Made by a program: the position numbers and the translations under genes
The notes under the pieces: model-generated
Told to the model about the DNA's origin: nothing
Seen by the model: the letters and a program-made list of their open reading frames with translations, nothing else
Database searches by the model: none
Shown: one piece after another, positions 35,362 to 45,461 of the stretch
Layout of the letters: each line of letters starts with the position of its first letter
Numbering within the stretch: position 1 is the stretch's first letter
Assembly: GCA_028713575.1 (NCBI GenBank)
Contig: JAQTOB010000001.1
Location: 27,619-91,618 of the forward strand
DNA: 64,000 nucleotides
DNA from: Patescibacteria group bacterium
Lineage (GTDB): Bacteria; Patescibacteriota; Patescibacteriia; UBA2591; UBA6264
Direction of reading: 5' to 3'

Positions 35362-36729
35362 TTACTGATTATACAATCTTTGTTTAATCAAATCTACTTC
35401 TTGTTTAATCCGACTGTTTATTTCTATTTCTCTTTTTATTTTTTCATAGGCGTGCATAGCCGTGGTATGGTCGCGATTACCCAATTCCTTCCCAATTAAG
35501 GGAAAAGAAGCTCTTGTTTCTTCTCTCATTAAATACATAGCAACTTGTCGCGGGGCAACCAATTCTCTTTTTCTTGAAGAGCTAATCATTTCATTTAATT
35601 GAATCCCATAAAAATTTGCCACTGTTTCAATTAATTCCTTGTTTTGGATAAAACCTCTTTTTCCATGACTCTCTAAACTGACTAAAATATTTTTTACTAA
35701 AGATAAATCTATTTCTATTTGATGAAACTCTTGGTAAGCGATTAATTTATTAAGAGACCCCTCCAATTCCCTAACATTTCTTTGAACATGAGAAGCTAAA
35801 TATTGAAGTATTTCCTCACTTAAATCACATTTTCTCTCTTGACATTTTACTCTCAGGATAGCTAACCTTGTTTCCATGTCTGGTGGTGTAATGTCAACAA
35901 TCAACCCCCATCCTAGCCGTGAGGTCAAGCGCTCTTCAAGGGCCGGAATGTCCTTGGGCGTACGGTCAGAAGTAATCACTATTTGTCTTCCGTCTTGATA
36001 AAGACTGTTAAAGGTATGAAAAAATTCTTCTTGTGTTCTATCTTTTCCTGCCATAAATTGAATGTCATCAATCAAGAAAACATCTAATTCCCTGTAAAAT
36101 TTTTTAAATTTATCAATTGTTCCGTTGCCGATAGCTTGAACAAATTCATTGGTAAATTTTTCCGCATTAGTATAAAGAATTTTTGCCTTGGGAATTTTTT
36201 CTAAAACAGCGTGTCCTATTGCCTGAAGAAGATGAGTTTTGCCCAGTCCCACGCCCCCATAAATAAAAAGCGGGTTATATTTTTTCCCCGGATTTTTAAC
36301 CACTGCTTGGCAAGCGGCATAAGCCAATTCTGACCCCTTACCAACAACAAAATTTTTAAAAGTATAACAAATATTTAATCCATAACCATTAGTTTTTGCC
36401 ATCCCTTTTTCTGATATTTTTTCCAAATCAATTACTATTGGTTTTTGTTCTTTAGCGGGAAAAACTTGTTCAACATTATAAAAAACTTTTTTTACCCTAT
36501 TGTCTGTCGCTCCTTGTAGGGCTTCAAGAATGGCGTGATGATATTTCTTTTCCAGCCAATTTTTGGAAAAATTATTAGGAACATTAACAATAACCGTTTC
36601 TCCGCTATCTTTCAATTCCGATATACTGGTATTTTGAAACCAAGTTTTAAAATTGGCCTTGGAAATTGATAATTCTAATTCCGATAAAACAATGTCCCAA
36701 AGTTGTTTTTTATTATTTATTTCCATCAT
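35362..36729 (-). CDS. dnaA: chromosomal replication initiator protein DnaA
   Basis: AAA+ Walker A GGVGLGKTHLLQAIG, the box VII / sensor region and the C-terminal DNA-binding domain. Confidence 0.9.
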   Translation of the reverse strand: MMEINNKKQLWDIVLSELELSISKANFKTWFQNTSISELKDSGETVIVNVPNNFSKNWLEKKYHHAILEALQGATDNRVKKVFYNVEQVFPAKEQKPIVIDLEKISEKGMAKTNGYGLNICYTFKNFVVGKGSELAYAACQAVVKNPGKKYNPLFIYGGVGLGKTHLLQAIGHAVLEKIPKAKILYTNAEKFTNEFVQAIGNGTIDKFKKFYRELDVFLIDDIQFMAGKDRTQEEFFHTFNSLYQDGRQIVITSDRTPKDIPALEERLTSRLGWGLIVDITPPDMETRLAILRVKCQERKCDLSEEILQYLASHVQRNVRELEGSLNKLIAYQEFHQIEIDLSLVKNILVSLESHGKRGFIQNKELIETVANFYGIQLNEMISSSRKRELVAPRQVAMYLMREETRASFPLIGKELGNRDHTTAMHAYEKIKREIEINSRIKQEVDLIKQRLYNQ

Positions 36730-36815
36730 AATAAAATCTAATTAATTTATAGAATAATAATAACATTAATCGCTAAAAAAACAAATTATAAAAGGTTAAT
36801 AAATTGGGGAAATTA

Positions 36816-36849
36816 TGTGGATAAATTTAATTCATCATTTTTATCCATA
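36816..36849. promoter_or_regulatory. pair of DnaA boxes upstream of dnaA: a perfect TGTGGATAA (the reverse complement of TTATCCACA) and TTATCCATA (one mismatch), in opposite orientation
   Basis: Direct sequence match to the DnaA box consensus in AT-rich sequence 90 to 120 bp upstream of the dnaA start codon. Confidence 0.5.
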
Positions 36850-36919
36850 GACTTATCGCTTGCAACATTACCAAAATGTGCTAAAATATTACCAGACTAA
36901 AATGTTAAAATGAATTTTT

Positions 36920-37144
36920 ATGGCTCTACCAACACAAAAAAGATCAAAATCTCGCAAAAAAGTCAAACAATATAAAAATCGGTTAAAAAGCAAAATTCTA
37001 TCTATTTGTCCTCAGTGTAAAAAACCTCTTCTTTCTCACCATGCTTGTCCGAATTGTGGCAAGTATTCAAATAGAGAAATTTTTCAACCTCGGGCGGATA
37101 AGAAAAAAAGAAAAGAAGAAATAAAAAAAGCTAAAGAAAAATAA
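36920..37144 (+). CDS. rpmF: 50S ribosomal protein L32 with a lysine-rich C-terminal extension
   Basis: MALPTQKRSKSRKKVKQ...ICPQCKKPLLSHHACPNCGKY zinc ribbon. Confidence 0.8.
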   Translation: MALPTQKRSKSRKKVKQYKNRLKSKILSICPQCKKPLLSHHACPNCGKYSNREIFQPRADKKKRKEEIKKAKEK

Positions 37145-37153
37145 TTTAAATTT

Positions 37154-37624
37154 ATGCCCCAAAGACATTTGGCGCGAACATTTGCTTTACAGGCGTTAGC
37201 GGAATGGGATTTTAATAAATCCATGTTAAAAATTAATCTTGAAATTGAAGAAATTATTGAACGTAATTTACGTAAAGCAGCGCCGTCCAATTTTGAAGGA
37301 AAAAATTTCTCAAAAGAATTAGTTGAGGGAGTAGTAAAAAACTTAACACAAATCAATGATTATATTAAAAAATATGCCCCTCAATGGCCATTGGAACAAA
37401 TTACTTTAGTTGACCGAAACATCATTAGATTGGGGATTTTTGAATTAATTTTTTTAAAACAAACTCCGCCAAAAGTGATAATTAACGAAGCGATAGAAAT
37501 TGCCAAAACATTTGGAGAAAGAACCTCGGGCAAATTCGTCAATGGAGTTTTGGGCGCTATTTACGAAGACATAAAAATTTCATCTAAAAAAATTAATTCG
37601 CCAACCGGCGAAACCAGTAATTAG
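37154..37624 (+). CDS. nusB: transcription antitermination factor NusB
   Basis: RHLARTFALQALAEWDF...; all-helical, 156 aa. Confidence 0.8.
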   Translation: MPQRHLARTFALQALAEWDFNKSMLKINLEIEEIIERNLRKAAPSNFEGKNFSKELVEGVVKNLTQINDYIKKYAPQWPLEQITLVDRNIIRLGIFELIFLKQTPPKVIINEAIEIAKTFGERTSGKFVNGVLGAIYEDIKISSKKINSPTGETSN

Positions 37625-37781
37625 TAAAAATAATTTTCCAGAAATAGAACTTTTATCCCGTCCTTAATCTCTGATTTAATTGATTGTGTCAAACTTTAAA
37701 TCAAAATTAGGTTATAAAAAATGAATTTTTATAATTGCGGCGAGATTATTTTGTTAAAAATAACTCATAATTTGGATAATT

Positions 37782-38465
37782 ATGGAAATGGAAAAATTAT
37801 CTTTTCTTGAAGAAAAGCTTAAAATTAAATTTAAAGACAAAAATCTTTTAAAACAAGCATTGATTCATCGTTCTTATATTAATGAACATTCTAATTTTAG
37901 GTTGGAACATAATGAAAGGCTTGAATTTTTAGGAGACGCTGTTTTAGAATTAATTATTACTAAATTTCTTTATAATAACTTTGATTCTCCCGAAGGAGAG
38001 CTTACTTCTTTTCGCGCCAGCCTAGTTAACACAAAAAGTCTGGCTAAAATTTCCAGGAAGTTAAAAATCAATCAATATCTATACCTTAGTAAGGGGGAGG
38101 AAAAACACGGTCGATCTCGAGATGCTATTCTGGCCAATGCTTTTGAGGCTTTAATTGGAGCAATTTATTTAGACCAAGGATTGACAGTAGCGGAAAAATT
38201 TATTCATCAAAATTTAATCCCTTGTTTAAAAAAAATTTTAGAAAATAAATCATATAAAGACCCAAAAAGTATATTCCAGGAAGTTTCTCAAAGTGAATTT
38301 AAAATTACTCCTACTTATAAAATAATCAATGAATCCGGACCAGATCATGCAAAAAAATTTAAAGTTGGCGTTTTCTTAAAAGAAAAAATGATTACCTTTG
38401 GAATAGGTCGAAACAAACAGGAAGCCGAATTAAGGGCGGCAAAAAAGGCCTTACAAAAAAAATAA
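37782..38465 (+). CDS. rnc: ribonuclease III
   Basis: ERLEFLGDAVLELIITKFLY signature plus a C-terminal dsRBD. Confidence 0.9.
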   Translation: MEMEKLSFLEEKLKIKFKDKNLLKQALIHRSYINEHSNFRLEHNERLEFLGDAVLELIITKFLYNNFDSPEGELTSFRASLVNTKSLAKISRKLKINQYLYLSKGEEKHGRSRDAILANAFEALIGAIYLDQGLTVAEKFIHQNLIPCLKKILENKSYKDPKSIFQEVSQSEFKITPTYKIINESGPDHAKKFKVGVFLKEKMITFGIGRNKQEAELRAAKKALQKK

Positions 38466-38496
38466 ACGGAAAATTCTCCTTCATTGTTTAATAAAT

Positions 38497-40713
38497 ATGT
38501 ATCTTAAGTGTTTAGAAATAATCGGTTTTAAATCTTTTGCTCATCGGACTGTTTTAGAATTTCTTAGTCCAAGAAAAAATGACTTTACCATTACTTCAAT
38601 CGTCGGACCAAATGGTTCGGGAAAATCAAATTTAGTTGAGGCAATTCGCTGGGCCCTGGGTGAACAAAGTTTAAAAACTTTAAGGGGAAAAAAATCTCAA
38701 GATATTATTTTTTCCGGGTCTCTTCAAAAGACCCATTTAAATTTAGCCGAAGTCACACTATTTTTTAATAATGAAGACAGGGCCGCACCCATTGATTATA
38801 AGGAATTTACTATTACTCGTCGTATTTTCCGCAATGGCGAAAGTGAATATTTGATAAATAAAAGCAGGGTTCGATTGCAGGACGTTGTTATTCTTTTGGC
38901 TAAAAGTAATTTTGGTCAAAAAAGTTATAGCATTGTTGGTCAGGGTTTAGTTGATCAAATTTTGCAATCTTCGCCGGTAGAAAGAAAAAAATTTTTTGAT
39001 GAAGCAACGGGAATAAAACAATACCAAATTAAAAAAGACGAAGCAGTTAGAAAAATAGAAAAAAGTCAAATAAATCTGCAACAAGCCAATATCGCCTTAT
39101 CTGAGATTACCCCCCACCTTCGCTCTTTAACCAGACAAATTAATAAACTTGAAAAACGTCAAGAAATTGAAAATCAACTTATTCAATTACAAGAAAATTA
39201 TTACGGATCTTCTTGGCAGGACATTAATCAACAATTTATTGTTTTAAAAGAAAAAATTGAAATGAAAGAAAAAGAACATCATTTGGTTGATAAGGAGTTA
39301 AATAATATCCAAAAAGAATCGGAAAGTTTAGTTTATGAAAAAATCGGCAATCAATATGAAAAAATTCAAGAAAAATACAAACAAGCCGTTGAGCTAAAAA
39401 ATAGACAACTTGAAAAACAATCTATTGTCAATGCCCAGTTAATGTTTGAAAAAGAAAAAGAAAAAAGATGGTCGCCTAAAATTGATTTTGAAGTGGACAA
39501 AAAAATAGTTTTCTCCGATTTAAAGCAATTATCGTCTAATCAAAAAGAATTTTTAAACCATTTAGAAAATCTTTTTCATGGTCAAAATTTTGAAAAAATT
39601 AAGAAATGGGCGGAAAAAATATTTGAAAAAATAGAACAATGTTTAAAACGCTTTAATCCCGTTGAAAATGAAACTAAAAACGAAAATTTAGAAGAAAAAA
39701 AAATAAAAGAACTGGAAGAAAAAAAAGAAAAATATCAATTAGAAATTAAACGATTAGACGAGGAAACCGAAAAATTTAACAAAGAATTAAGTCAATTCAA
39801 TGAAAAAGAAAGGGAGAAGCGGCAACAACTTTTAAATTGGCAAAAAAATATTCAAAATAAACAATCTCAATTAAATGAATTGATGTATAAAATTAATGAA
39901 TTTAAAATAGATTTGGCGCGATTAGAAACGAAAAAAGATATGTTAGAAAATGAAATTAATCAAGAAATGGGACCCCGGAGCCGGGAAATTATTAACGCGG
40001 AAAAAAAACAATGGGAAATTACAAAAGTAGACCATCTTTCTGTCCAAATTTATAAATTAAAACATGAATTAGAATTAATTGGAAGCATTGACCCCGAAGT
40101 AACAAAAGAATATCCCCATATTCGTGAACGATATGAATTTTTAAGCACACAAACCGAGGACTTAAAACAGGGCATAAAATCATTAAATAAAATAATTCAA
40201 GAATTGGACCAAAAAATAAAAAATCAATTCAAAAATAATTTTCATCAAATTAATCAGGAATTTGACCGTTATTTTAAAATTATTTTCGGCGGGGGAAAAG
40301 CAAAAATCGTTCTTCAGGAACAAAAAACCGATGTAGAAGTGGAAGAAAACGAATCTTATAAAAATTCTCTTGCTGACGGAATTGACATCTTGGCCGTTCC
40401 TCCTGGTAAAAAAATAAAAAACGTTGAAGCGCTTTCCGGCGGAGAAAGAGCCCTTACTTCATTGGCTCTTATTTGCGCTGTCATCGCCATTAACAAGCCT
40501 CCATTTGTCGTTTTAGACGAAGTTGATGCCGCCCTGGATCAAGAAAATTCTTTTCGGTTTGCGGGCATTTTAAAAGAATTAAGAAAGAATTCTCAATTCA
40601 TTGTCATTACCCACAATCAACAAACCATTGAAGGGGCAGATATTCTTTACGGGGTGACTATGGGACATGACGGGGTCTCTCGTTTCGTTTCTTTAAATTT
40701 AGGAAAAGAATAA
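38497..40713 (+). CDS. smc: SMC-like chromosome-condensation ATPase, a short form with no recognisable hinge
   Basis: N-terminal head (VGPNGSGKSNLVEAIRWALGEQS), a long coiled coil, and a C-terminal signature plus Walker B (LSGGERALTSLALICAVIAINKPPFVVLDEVDAALD). Its position after rnc matches the conserved rnc-smc arrangement. Confidence 0.75.
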   Translation: MYLKCLEIIGFKSFAHRTVLEFLSPRKNDFTITSIVGPNGSGKSNLVEAIRWALGEQSLKTLRGKKSQDIIFSGSLQKTHLNLAEVTLFFNNEDRAAPIDYKEFTITRRIFRNGESEYLINKSRVRLQDVVILLAKSNFGQKSYSIVGQGLVDQILQSSPVERKKFFDEATGIKQYQIKKDEAVRKIEKSQINLQQANIALSEITPHLRSLTRQINKLEKRQEIENQLIQLQENYYGSSWQDINQQFIVLKEKIEMKEKEHHLVDKELNNIQKESESLVYEKIGNQYEKIQEKYKQAVELKNRQLEKQSIVNAQLMFEKEKEKRWSPKIDFEVDKKIVFSDLKQLSSNQKEFLNHLENLFHGQNFEKIKKWAEKIFEKIEQCLKRFNPVENETKNENLEEKKIKELEEKKEKYQLEIKRLDEETEKFNKELSQFNEKEREKRQQLLNWQKNIQNKQSQLNELMYKINEFKIDLARLETKKDMLENEINQEMGPRSREIINAEKKQWEITKVDHLSVQIYKLKHELELIGSIDPEVTKEYPHIRERYEFLSTQTEDLKQGIKSLNKIIQELDQKIKNQFKNNFHQINQEFDRYFKIIFGGGKAKIVLQEQKTDVEVEENESYKNSLADGIDILAVPPGKKIKNVEALSGGERALTSLALICAVIAINKPPFVVLDEVDAALDQENSFRFAGILKELRKNSQFIVITHNQQTIEGADILYGVTMGHDGVSRFVSLNLGKE

Positions 40714-40844
40714 AAAATAAAATAAAAAAAGGAAGTTAAGCTTCTCTTTTTTATTTTTAAAATTAATTCCTCTTCTTTTAAATATTATCAAAAATTATAA
40801 CAAAGTTATTTTCAATTCATCTTAAATTAAAAATAAAAAAAAAG

Positions 40845-41882
40845 TCAATCCCGAGCCGAAGGAATAAAAACCTGTTTAAGATTTTCAAAATCTTCTAAAA
40901 TTAGCCCCGTTCCTCTAATAATAGCGGTAGAGGGGTCGTCCGTAACAATAACCGGAATGTTTATTTTTTTTTGAATAATCTTATCTAATCCTCTTAGTTG
41001 AGCGCCACCACCAGAAAGAATAATGCCTCTTTCATAAATATCAGAGACCAATTCAGGCGGGGTCGCTTCTATAGTTTCGTGGATACCTTCTATAATGGTC
41101 TTAAGCGAAGGCATTATTGCTTCTCTAACTTGTTCTTCGTTAACTAAAATCTCTTTAGGCAGTCCCTTAACCAAATCGCGTCCCTTAACTTTAATTTCTT
41201 GATTTTTATTATTAAAGGCCGAACCAATTTTAATTTTTATTTCTTCGGCGGTTTGATCTCCTAAAAGGACTCCAAACTTCTCGCGAACATAACCGATAAT
41301 ATTTTTATTCAATAATTCACCGCCCATCTTCAAAGATTTTTTAGAGACTATCCCATTAAGAGAAATGACTGCGGCCTCAGATAATCCTCCGCCTAGTTCA
41401 ACAATAAGATTGCCTATAGATTCTTGAATGGGCAATCTAACTCCAATGGCGGCCGCGACAGGTCTTTCAACTAAAAAAACTTCTCTAGCGCCGGCCTGAA
41501 GGATTACGTCTTCTAAAGATTTTTTTTCTACCTCTGTAACATCAAGAGGAATAGCGGCAACAACCCTGGGCCGAGGAACTAAAGTAAATGTATCTCGGTG
41601 AACTTTTTCAAAAATTAACTTCAACATCTTTTCTGTAACTTCAAAATCAGAAATTACGCCGTGATTTAATGGTTTAATAATTAAAATGTGATTAGGCGAT
41701 TTGCCCATCATTTTTAAAGCATTATTGCCAATGGCAACGATTTGGTCATTTCTTAAATTAACGGCCACCACAGAAGCTTCATTAATTACTAATCCACGTC
41801 CTCGTACGTAAACGCGAACATTGGTTGTTCCTAAATCAATGCCAATATCTTTTGAGAATAAACCGAAAAATTTTTTTAACAT
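40845..41882 (-). CDS. mreB: rod-shape determining actin homologue MreB, paralog 1
   Basis: GIDLGTTNVRVYVRGRGLVINEASVVA... actin-fold motifs. Confidence 0.85.
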   Translation of the reverse strand: MLKKFFGLFSKDIGIDLGTTNVRVYVRGRGLVINEASVVAVNLRNDQIVAIGNNALKMMGKSPNHILIIKPLNHGVISDFEVTEKMLKLIFEKVHRDTFTLVPRPRVVAAIPLDVTEVEKKSLEDVILQAGAREVFLVERPVAAAIGVRLPIQESIGNLIVELGGGLSEAAVISLNGIVSKKSLKMGGELLNKNIIGYVREKFGVLLGDQTAEEIKIKIGSAFNNKNQEIKVKGRDLVKGLPKEILVNEEQVREAIMPSLKTIIEGIHETIEATPPELVSDIYERGIILSGGGAQLRGLDKIIQKKINIPVIVTDDPSTAIIRGTGLILEDFENLKQVFIPSARD

Positions 41883-41884
41883 AA

Positions 41885-41990
41885 TAGTCTCCTCTTTTCA
41901 AATTCCAAATTATAAACACCAAGCGCCAAATAAATTTTAAGATTTTTTAGATTTCAAATTTTGGTCTTTAAGTGTTATTTGAAATTTGAG
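41885..41990. repeat. AT-rich 'aaattccaaat / ttcaaatttt' repeat tract in an intergenic region
   Basis: caaattccaaattataaacacc...agatttcaaattttggtc...tttgaaatttgagattt. Confidence 0.4.
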
Positions 41991-42024
41991 ATTTATTGTT
42001 TAATATTTCCGCTCAGAATGCGGC

Positions 42025-43485
42025 CTAATAACTTTGAGCAAATAACCATCGATGTTTAGCTTGTTGACCGCAATAAATACATTTACCTTTTTGTTGTTTA
42101 TTTATTTCTTTTAATTCTAAAACGCGAGTGCTTAATTTTGTTTCTTGTTTTATTTTTTCTTCACATTCTTTTCTTCCGCACCAAAAGGCCCTAAGAAACA
42201 TTTTTTGTCCTCTAACCATTTCTTTAAATTCTTTATATTCATTGACCTCTTTAGTCATATCTCTTTTTATTTTGTCTGATTTAGACAACATATCTTTTTG
42301 AATTTTAACCAATAAATCATCTATTTCTTTTAAATTGTTGATTGAAATCAATCCTTGTTCAAAATTATCTCTTCTCACAAACCTTATTTTCTTTTGAGAA
42401 ACCTCTTCATTTCCTATCTCCAGCCTTAAAGGAACCCCTTTTATTTCCCATTCATTTATCCGATAACCGAGTGAATATTTAAATTCCCTGTCAATCTTCA
42501 CTCTTAATCCTTTGGCAACCAATTTTTCGTAAATTTTTTGACTATATTTTTCTGTTTTATCAAATTTCCCTTCTTGTTTTGAGGGAATAACCAAAATAAC
42601 TAATTGCGGGTCAGCAACTTTGGGTGGGAGAATCAAGCCTGAATCATCTCCATGAATCAAAACCAAACCACCAATTGAACGAGTAGAAAGCCCCCATGAA
42701 GTCTGCCACGGATGACATTTTTCCCCCCGATTGTCTAAAAAAGTTATATTAAAAACTTTTGAAAAATTATCGCCTAAATTATGCGAAGTGGCGGCCTGTA
42801 AAGCCTTTCCATTGGGGATCACCAATTCAATTGAATAAGTGGTTTTAGCACCAGCAAATTTTTCCTGGTCGCTTTTAATGCCTATATAAGGAGATATGGC
42901 AAAATGTTCTTTATAAAAATCTTCGTACCATTTCAAAGCCTTTAAGGCCATTGAGACTGCTTCTGCTTCTGTTTGATGAACAGTGTGTCCTTCTTGCCAT
43001 AAAAATTCCGTAGTTCTTAAAAAGGGATATGTTCTTTTTTCCCAACGAATTATGTTGCACCATTGATTTATTTTTAACGGCAAATCGCGATAACTATGTA
43101 TCCAGTCGGCAAATGTTTTATACATAATTGTTTCTGAAGTTGGCCTTAAAACATATGGTTCTGATAATTTTTCCCCTCCGGCATGGGTAACAACCGCCAA
43201 TTCCGGAGAAAATCCCTCTAAGTGTTCTTTTTCTTTTTTCAAAAGATAATAAGGAATCATCAACGGGAAATAATAATTTTTGATATCATCTTCCTTAAAT
43301 TTTTGGTCAAGCGTGGCCTGAACTTTTTCCCAAAGAGCATAACCATTGGCTTTAATAATCATACTTCCCTTTACTTCTGAATAATCAGCTAAATCGGCCA
43401 AAACAACAACATTATTATACCAATCAGCCATATTCTCTGACTTCTTGGTTAGTCCCTTTTTCCGAAAACCTTTTTCTTGTTTCAT
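42025..43485 (-). CDS. proS: prolyl-tRNA synthetase, archaeal/eukaryotic type
   Basis: Class II core plus a C-terminal zinc-binding extension ending ...CIYCGQQAKHRWLFAQSY. Confidence 0.85.
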   Translation of the reverse strand: MKQEKGFRKKGLTKKSENMADWYNNVVVLADLADYSEVKGSMIIKANGYALWEKVQATLDQKFKEDDIKNYYFPLMIPYYLLKKEKEHLEGFSPELAVVTHAGGEKLSEPYVLRPTSETIMYKTFADWIHSYRDLPLKINQWCNIIRWEKRTYPFLRTTEFLWQEGHTVHQTEAEAVSMALKALKWYEDFYKEHFAISPYIGIKSDQEKFAGAKTTYSIELVIPNGKALQAATSHNLGDNFSKVFNITFLDNRGEKCHPWQTSWGLSTRSIGGLVLIHGDDSGLILPPKVADPQLVILVIPSKQEGKFDKTEKYSQKIYEKLVAKGLRVKIDREFKYSLGYRINEWEIKGVPLRLEIGNEEVSQKKIRFVRRDNFEQGLISINNLKEIDDLLVKIQKDMLSKSDKIKRDMTKEVNEYKEFKEMVRGQKMFLRAFWCGRKECEEKIKQETKLSTRVLELKEINKQQKGKCIYCGQQAKHRWLFAQSY

Positions 43486-43490
43486 GGTGT

Positions 43491-44666
43491 TTAAAATAAT
43501 TGAATTATTTCTTTATAGGTTATGATAATTAAAATTAATAATAAAATATAAAATCCTAAATTAATTAAAATCATCTCTGTTCGGCGATTAATCGGCTTTC
43601 TTTTAATTCCCTCAATAAAAGAAAATAGTATTCTTGAACCATCCAAACCGGGGAACGGAATGATTTGAAAAGAACCAATGGCGATTGAGATTAATCCTAA
43701 AAATTGTAAAAAATAAACAATACCAATTTTTGCCACTTCACTGGTCATGGCGGCAATTCCGATTGGTCCTAACATTTTTCCGACAACTCTTTGATTAATT
43801 ACAAGGCTTTTCAAAATCATCCATAGGCCGGAAAAAATTTGAGCAATAAGAGAAATTGTCGCCTGAAAACCAAGCCCGATTGACCTAAATAAAGGATAAG
43901 CAACAATCGCCGTTTGACTTAAAGAAACGCCAATAACTCCAGATGATTTGTTTAATTCTTCTAAATCATTAAAAATGTCTTCGGCCGCAACTATATTTAC
44001 TTCTTTTACAAGCGTCTCCTTTTGTCGAATAATTTCTATATTTAAAGACTTATTAATATTTGATTTAATATAATCTTGAATCTCTTTTATGTTTTGAGAC
44101 CGTTGGCCGTCCAAAGAAACAATAATATCCCCTATTTTCAACCCGGCGATATCGGCCGGAGAATCGGGCATTATCATATCAATTTGAATCCCAACTGGAC
44201 GTAAAATTTTCCCTCCATTTACTTCTCCAATGTCTCGCGGAATGCCAATTAAAAAACAAAAAGTATAAATTAAAAAAGCGAGGAAAAAATTCATCAATAC
44301 TCCACCTAAAGCGATTAAGGCCTTTTTCCACCATGGCTGACTAAAAAAACTATCAGAATCGTTATCTTCGTCCCCCAGCTCTCCTTTAATTTTATTAAAG
44401 CCACCAAAGGGGATTAAATTTATTGAATAAATTGTATTCTTCTCTGCTTGGGTTGGTATATTTTTCCCTAAAAAAAATTTTATCTTTAATTTTTTCCAAA
44501 ATCCCAAAAACCCTGATTTATAAAAAACAAATCCCCCCAAACGGGGCGGATAGCCAAGTCCAAATTCTTCTACCTTAACTCTAAAAATTTTGGCGAATAA
44601 AAAATGACCAAATTCATGAAAAAAAACCAAAACGCTTAGACCAATAATGGCCAAAAAAATAGACAT
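43491..44666 (-). CDS. rseP: RIP site-2 metalloprotease RseP
   Basis: HEFGHFLFAK zinc motif, a PDZ domain (GLKIGDIIVSLDG) and multiple TM helices. Confidence 0.85.
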   Translation of the reverse strand: MSIFLAIIGLSVLVFFHEFGHFLFAKIFRVKVEEFGLGYPPRLGGFVFYKSGFLGFWKKLKIKFFLGKNIPTQAEKNTIYSINLIPFGGFNKIKGELGDEDNDSDSFFSQPWWKKALIALGGVLMNFFLAFLIYTFCFLIGIPRDIGEVNGGKILRPVGIQIDMIMPDSPADIAGLKIGDIIVSLDGQRSQNIKEIQDYIKSNINKSLNIEIIRQKETLVKEVNIVAAEDIFNDLEELNKSSGVIGVSLSQTAIVAYPLFRSIGLGFQATISLIAQIFSGLWMILKSLVINQRVVGKMLGPIGIAAMTSEVAKIGIVYFLQFLGLISIAIGSFQIIPFPGLDGSRILFSFIEGIKRKPINRRTEMILINLGFYILLLILIIITYKEIIQLF

Positions 44667-44905
44667 ATCAAATTTATTAAAATTTTATATCCGTTGGCTA
44701 ATTTCGCCAGTCAGCAAGAAATTAAATTTTACTGTGAATTTAAGTGCCTCGTTAAATAAACAAAAAATATAATTTATCTTTAATAAAAATAAAATAATTA
44801 ATTTCTTTAAATTTTTCAAGCATCTTTCTTAATCTTTGTCTAAAAAGGCAAAAGTTTTGTTGCTGAAATTGTAATAGCCCTGTCTTTCAATTTTAAAAAA
44901 ACATT

Positions 44906-45457
44906 TTAAATTGAAATTATTTCTTTCTCTTTTCTTTCGCCAATTAATTTCACCTCCTCTTGATAATCGCCTGCCATTTTGTCTAGTTTTTCAAAAAGGC
45001 GATATTTATCATCTTCACTTATTTCTTTAGATCTCTCGGATTTAACAATTTCTTCTTTTATTGAATCGCGAATCGCTCTTAAAGATTTTCTGGCGCTCTC
45101 AAGTTTTAAGTGTAAAATTTTAACCAAATCTTTTCTTCTTTCTTCGTTTAACGGCGGCAATGTTAAGCGAATTACTCCCTCGTTTACCATTGGTGGGGCA
45201 CCAACGTCTGACTTGGATAAAGATTTTTCAATTTCTTTAATTATATTTTTGTCCCAAGGCTGGATGACAATTGTTCTCGGCTCAGGAACACTTAAAGTCG
45301 CCAATTGTTCCAAGGGGGTTTTTGTTCCATAAACTTCTATTAAAATGTGGTTTATTAATTCAGGATTAGCGCGATTGGTTCTTACGCTTTGAATATCTTT
45401 TTTTAAAAAATCAATTGTTTTAGTAAATTCTTCTTGATGTGATTCTGTTATATTCAT
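44906..45457 (-). CDS. frr: ribosome recycling factor
   Basis: Full-length RRF pattern (IRTNRANPELINHILIEVYG...ATLSVPEPRTIVIQPWD). Confidence 0.9.
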   Translation of the reverse strand: MNITESHQEEFTKTIDFLKKDIQSVRTNRANPELINHILIEVYGTKTPLEQLATLSVPEPRTIVIQPWDKNIIKEIEKSLSKSDVGAPPMVNEGVIRLTLPPLNEERRKDLVKILHLKLESARKSLRAIRDSIKEEIVKSERSKEISEDDKYRLFEKLDKMAGDYQEEVKLIGERKEKEIISI

Positions 45458-45461
45458 AGAT

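Noticed and set aside
44667-44905. Possible small RNA or terminator in the 240-bp frr-rseP intergenic region (the AT hairpin TTCAATTTTAAAA...TTTTAAATTGAA overlaps the frr stop)
   Set aside because: The hairpin is made only of A and T and is imperfect, with no U-tract on the relevant strand. No GC-rich structure suggests a stable RNA. It is left unannotated.
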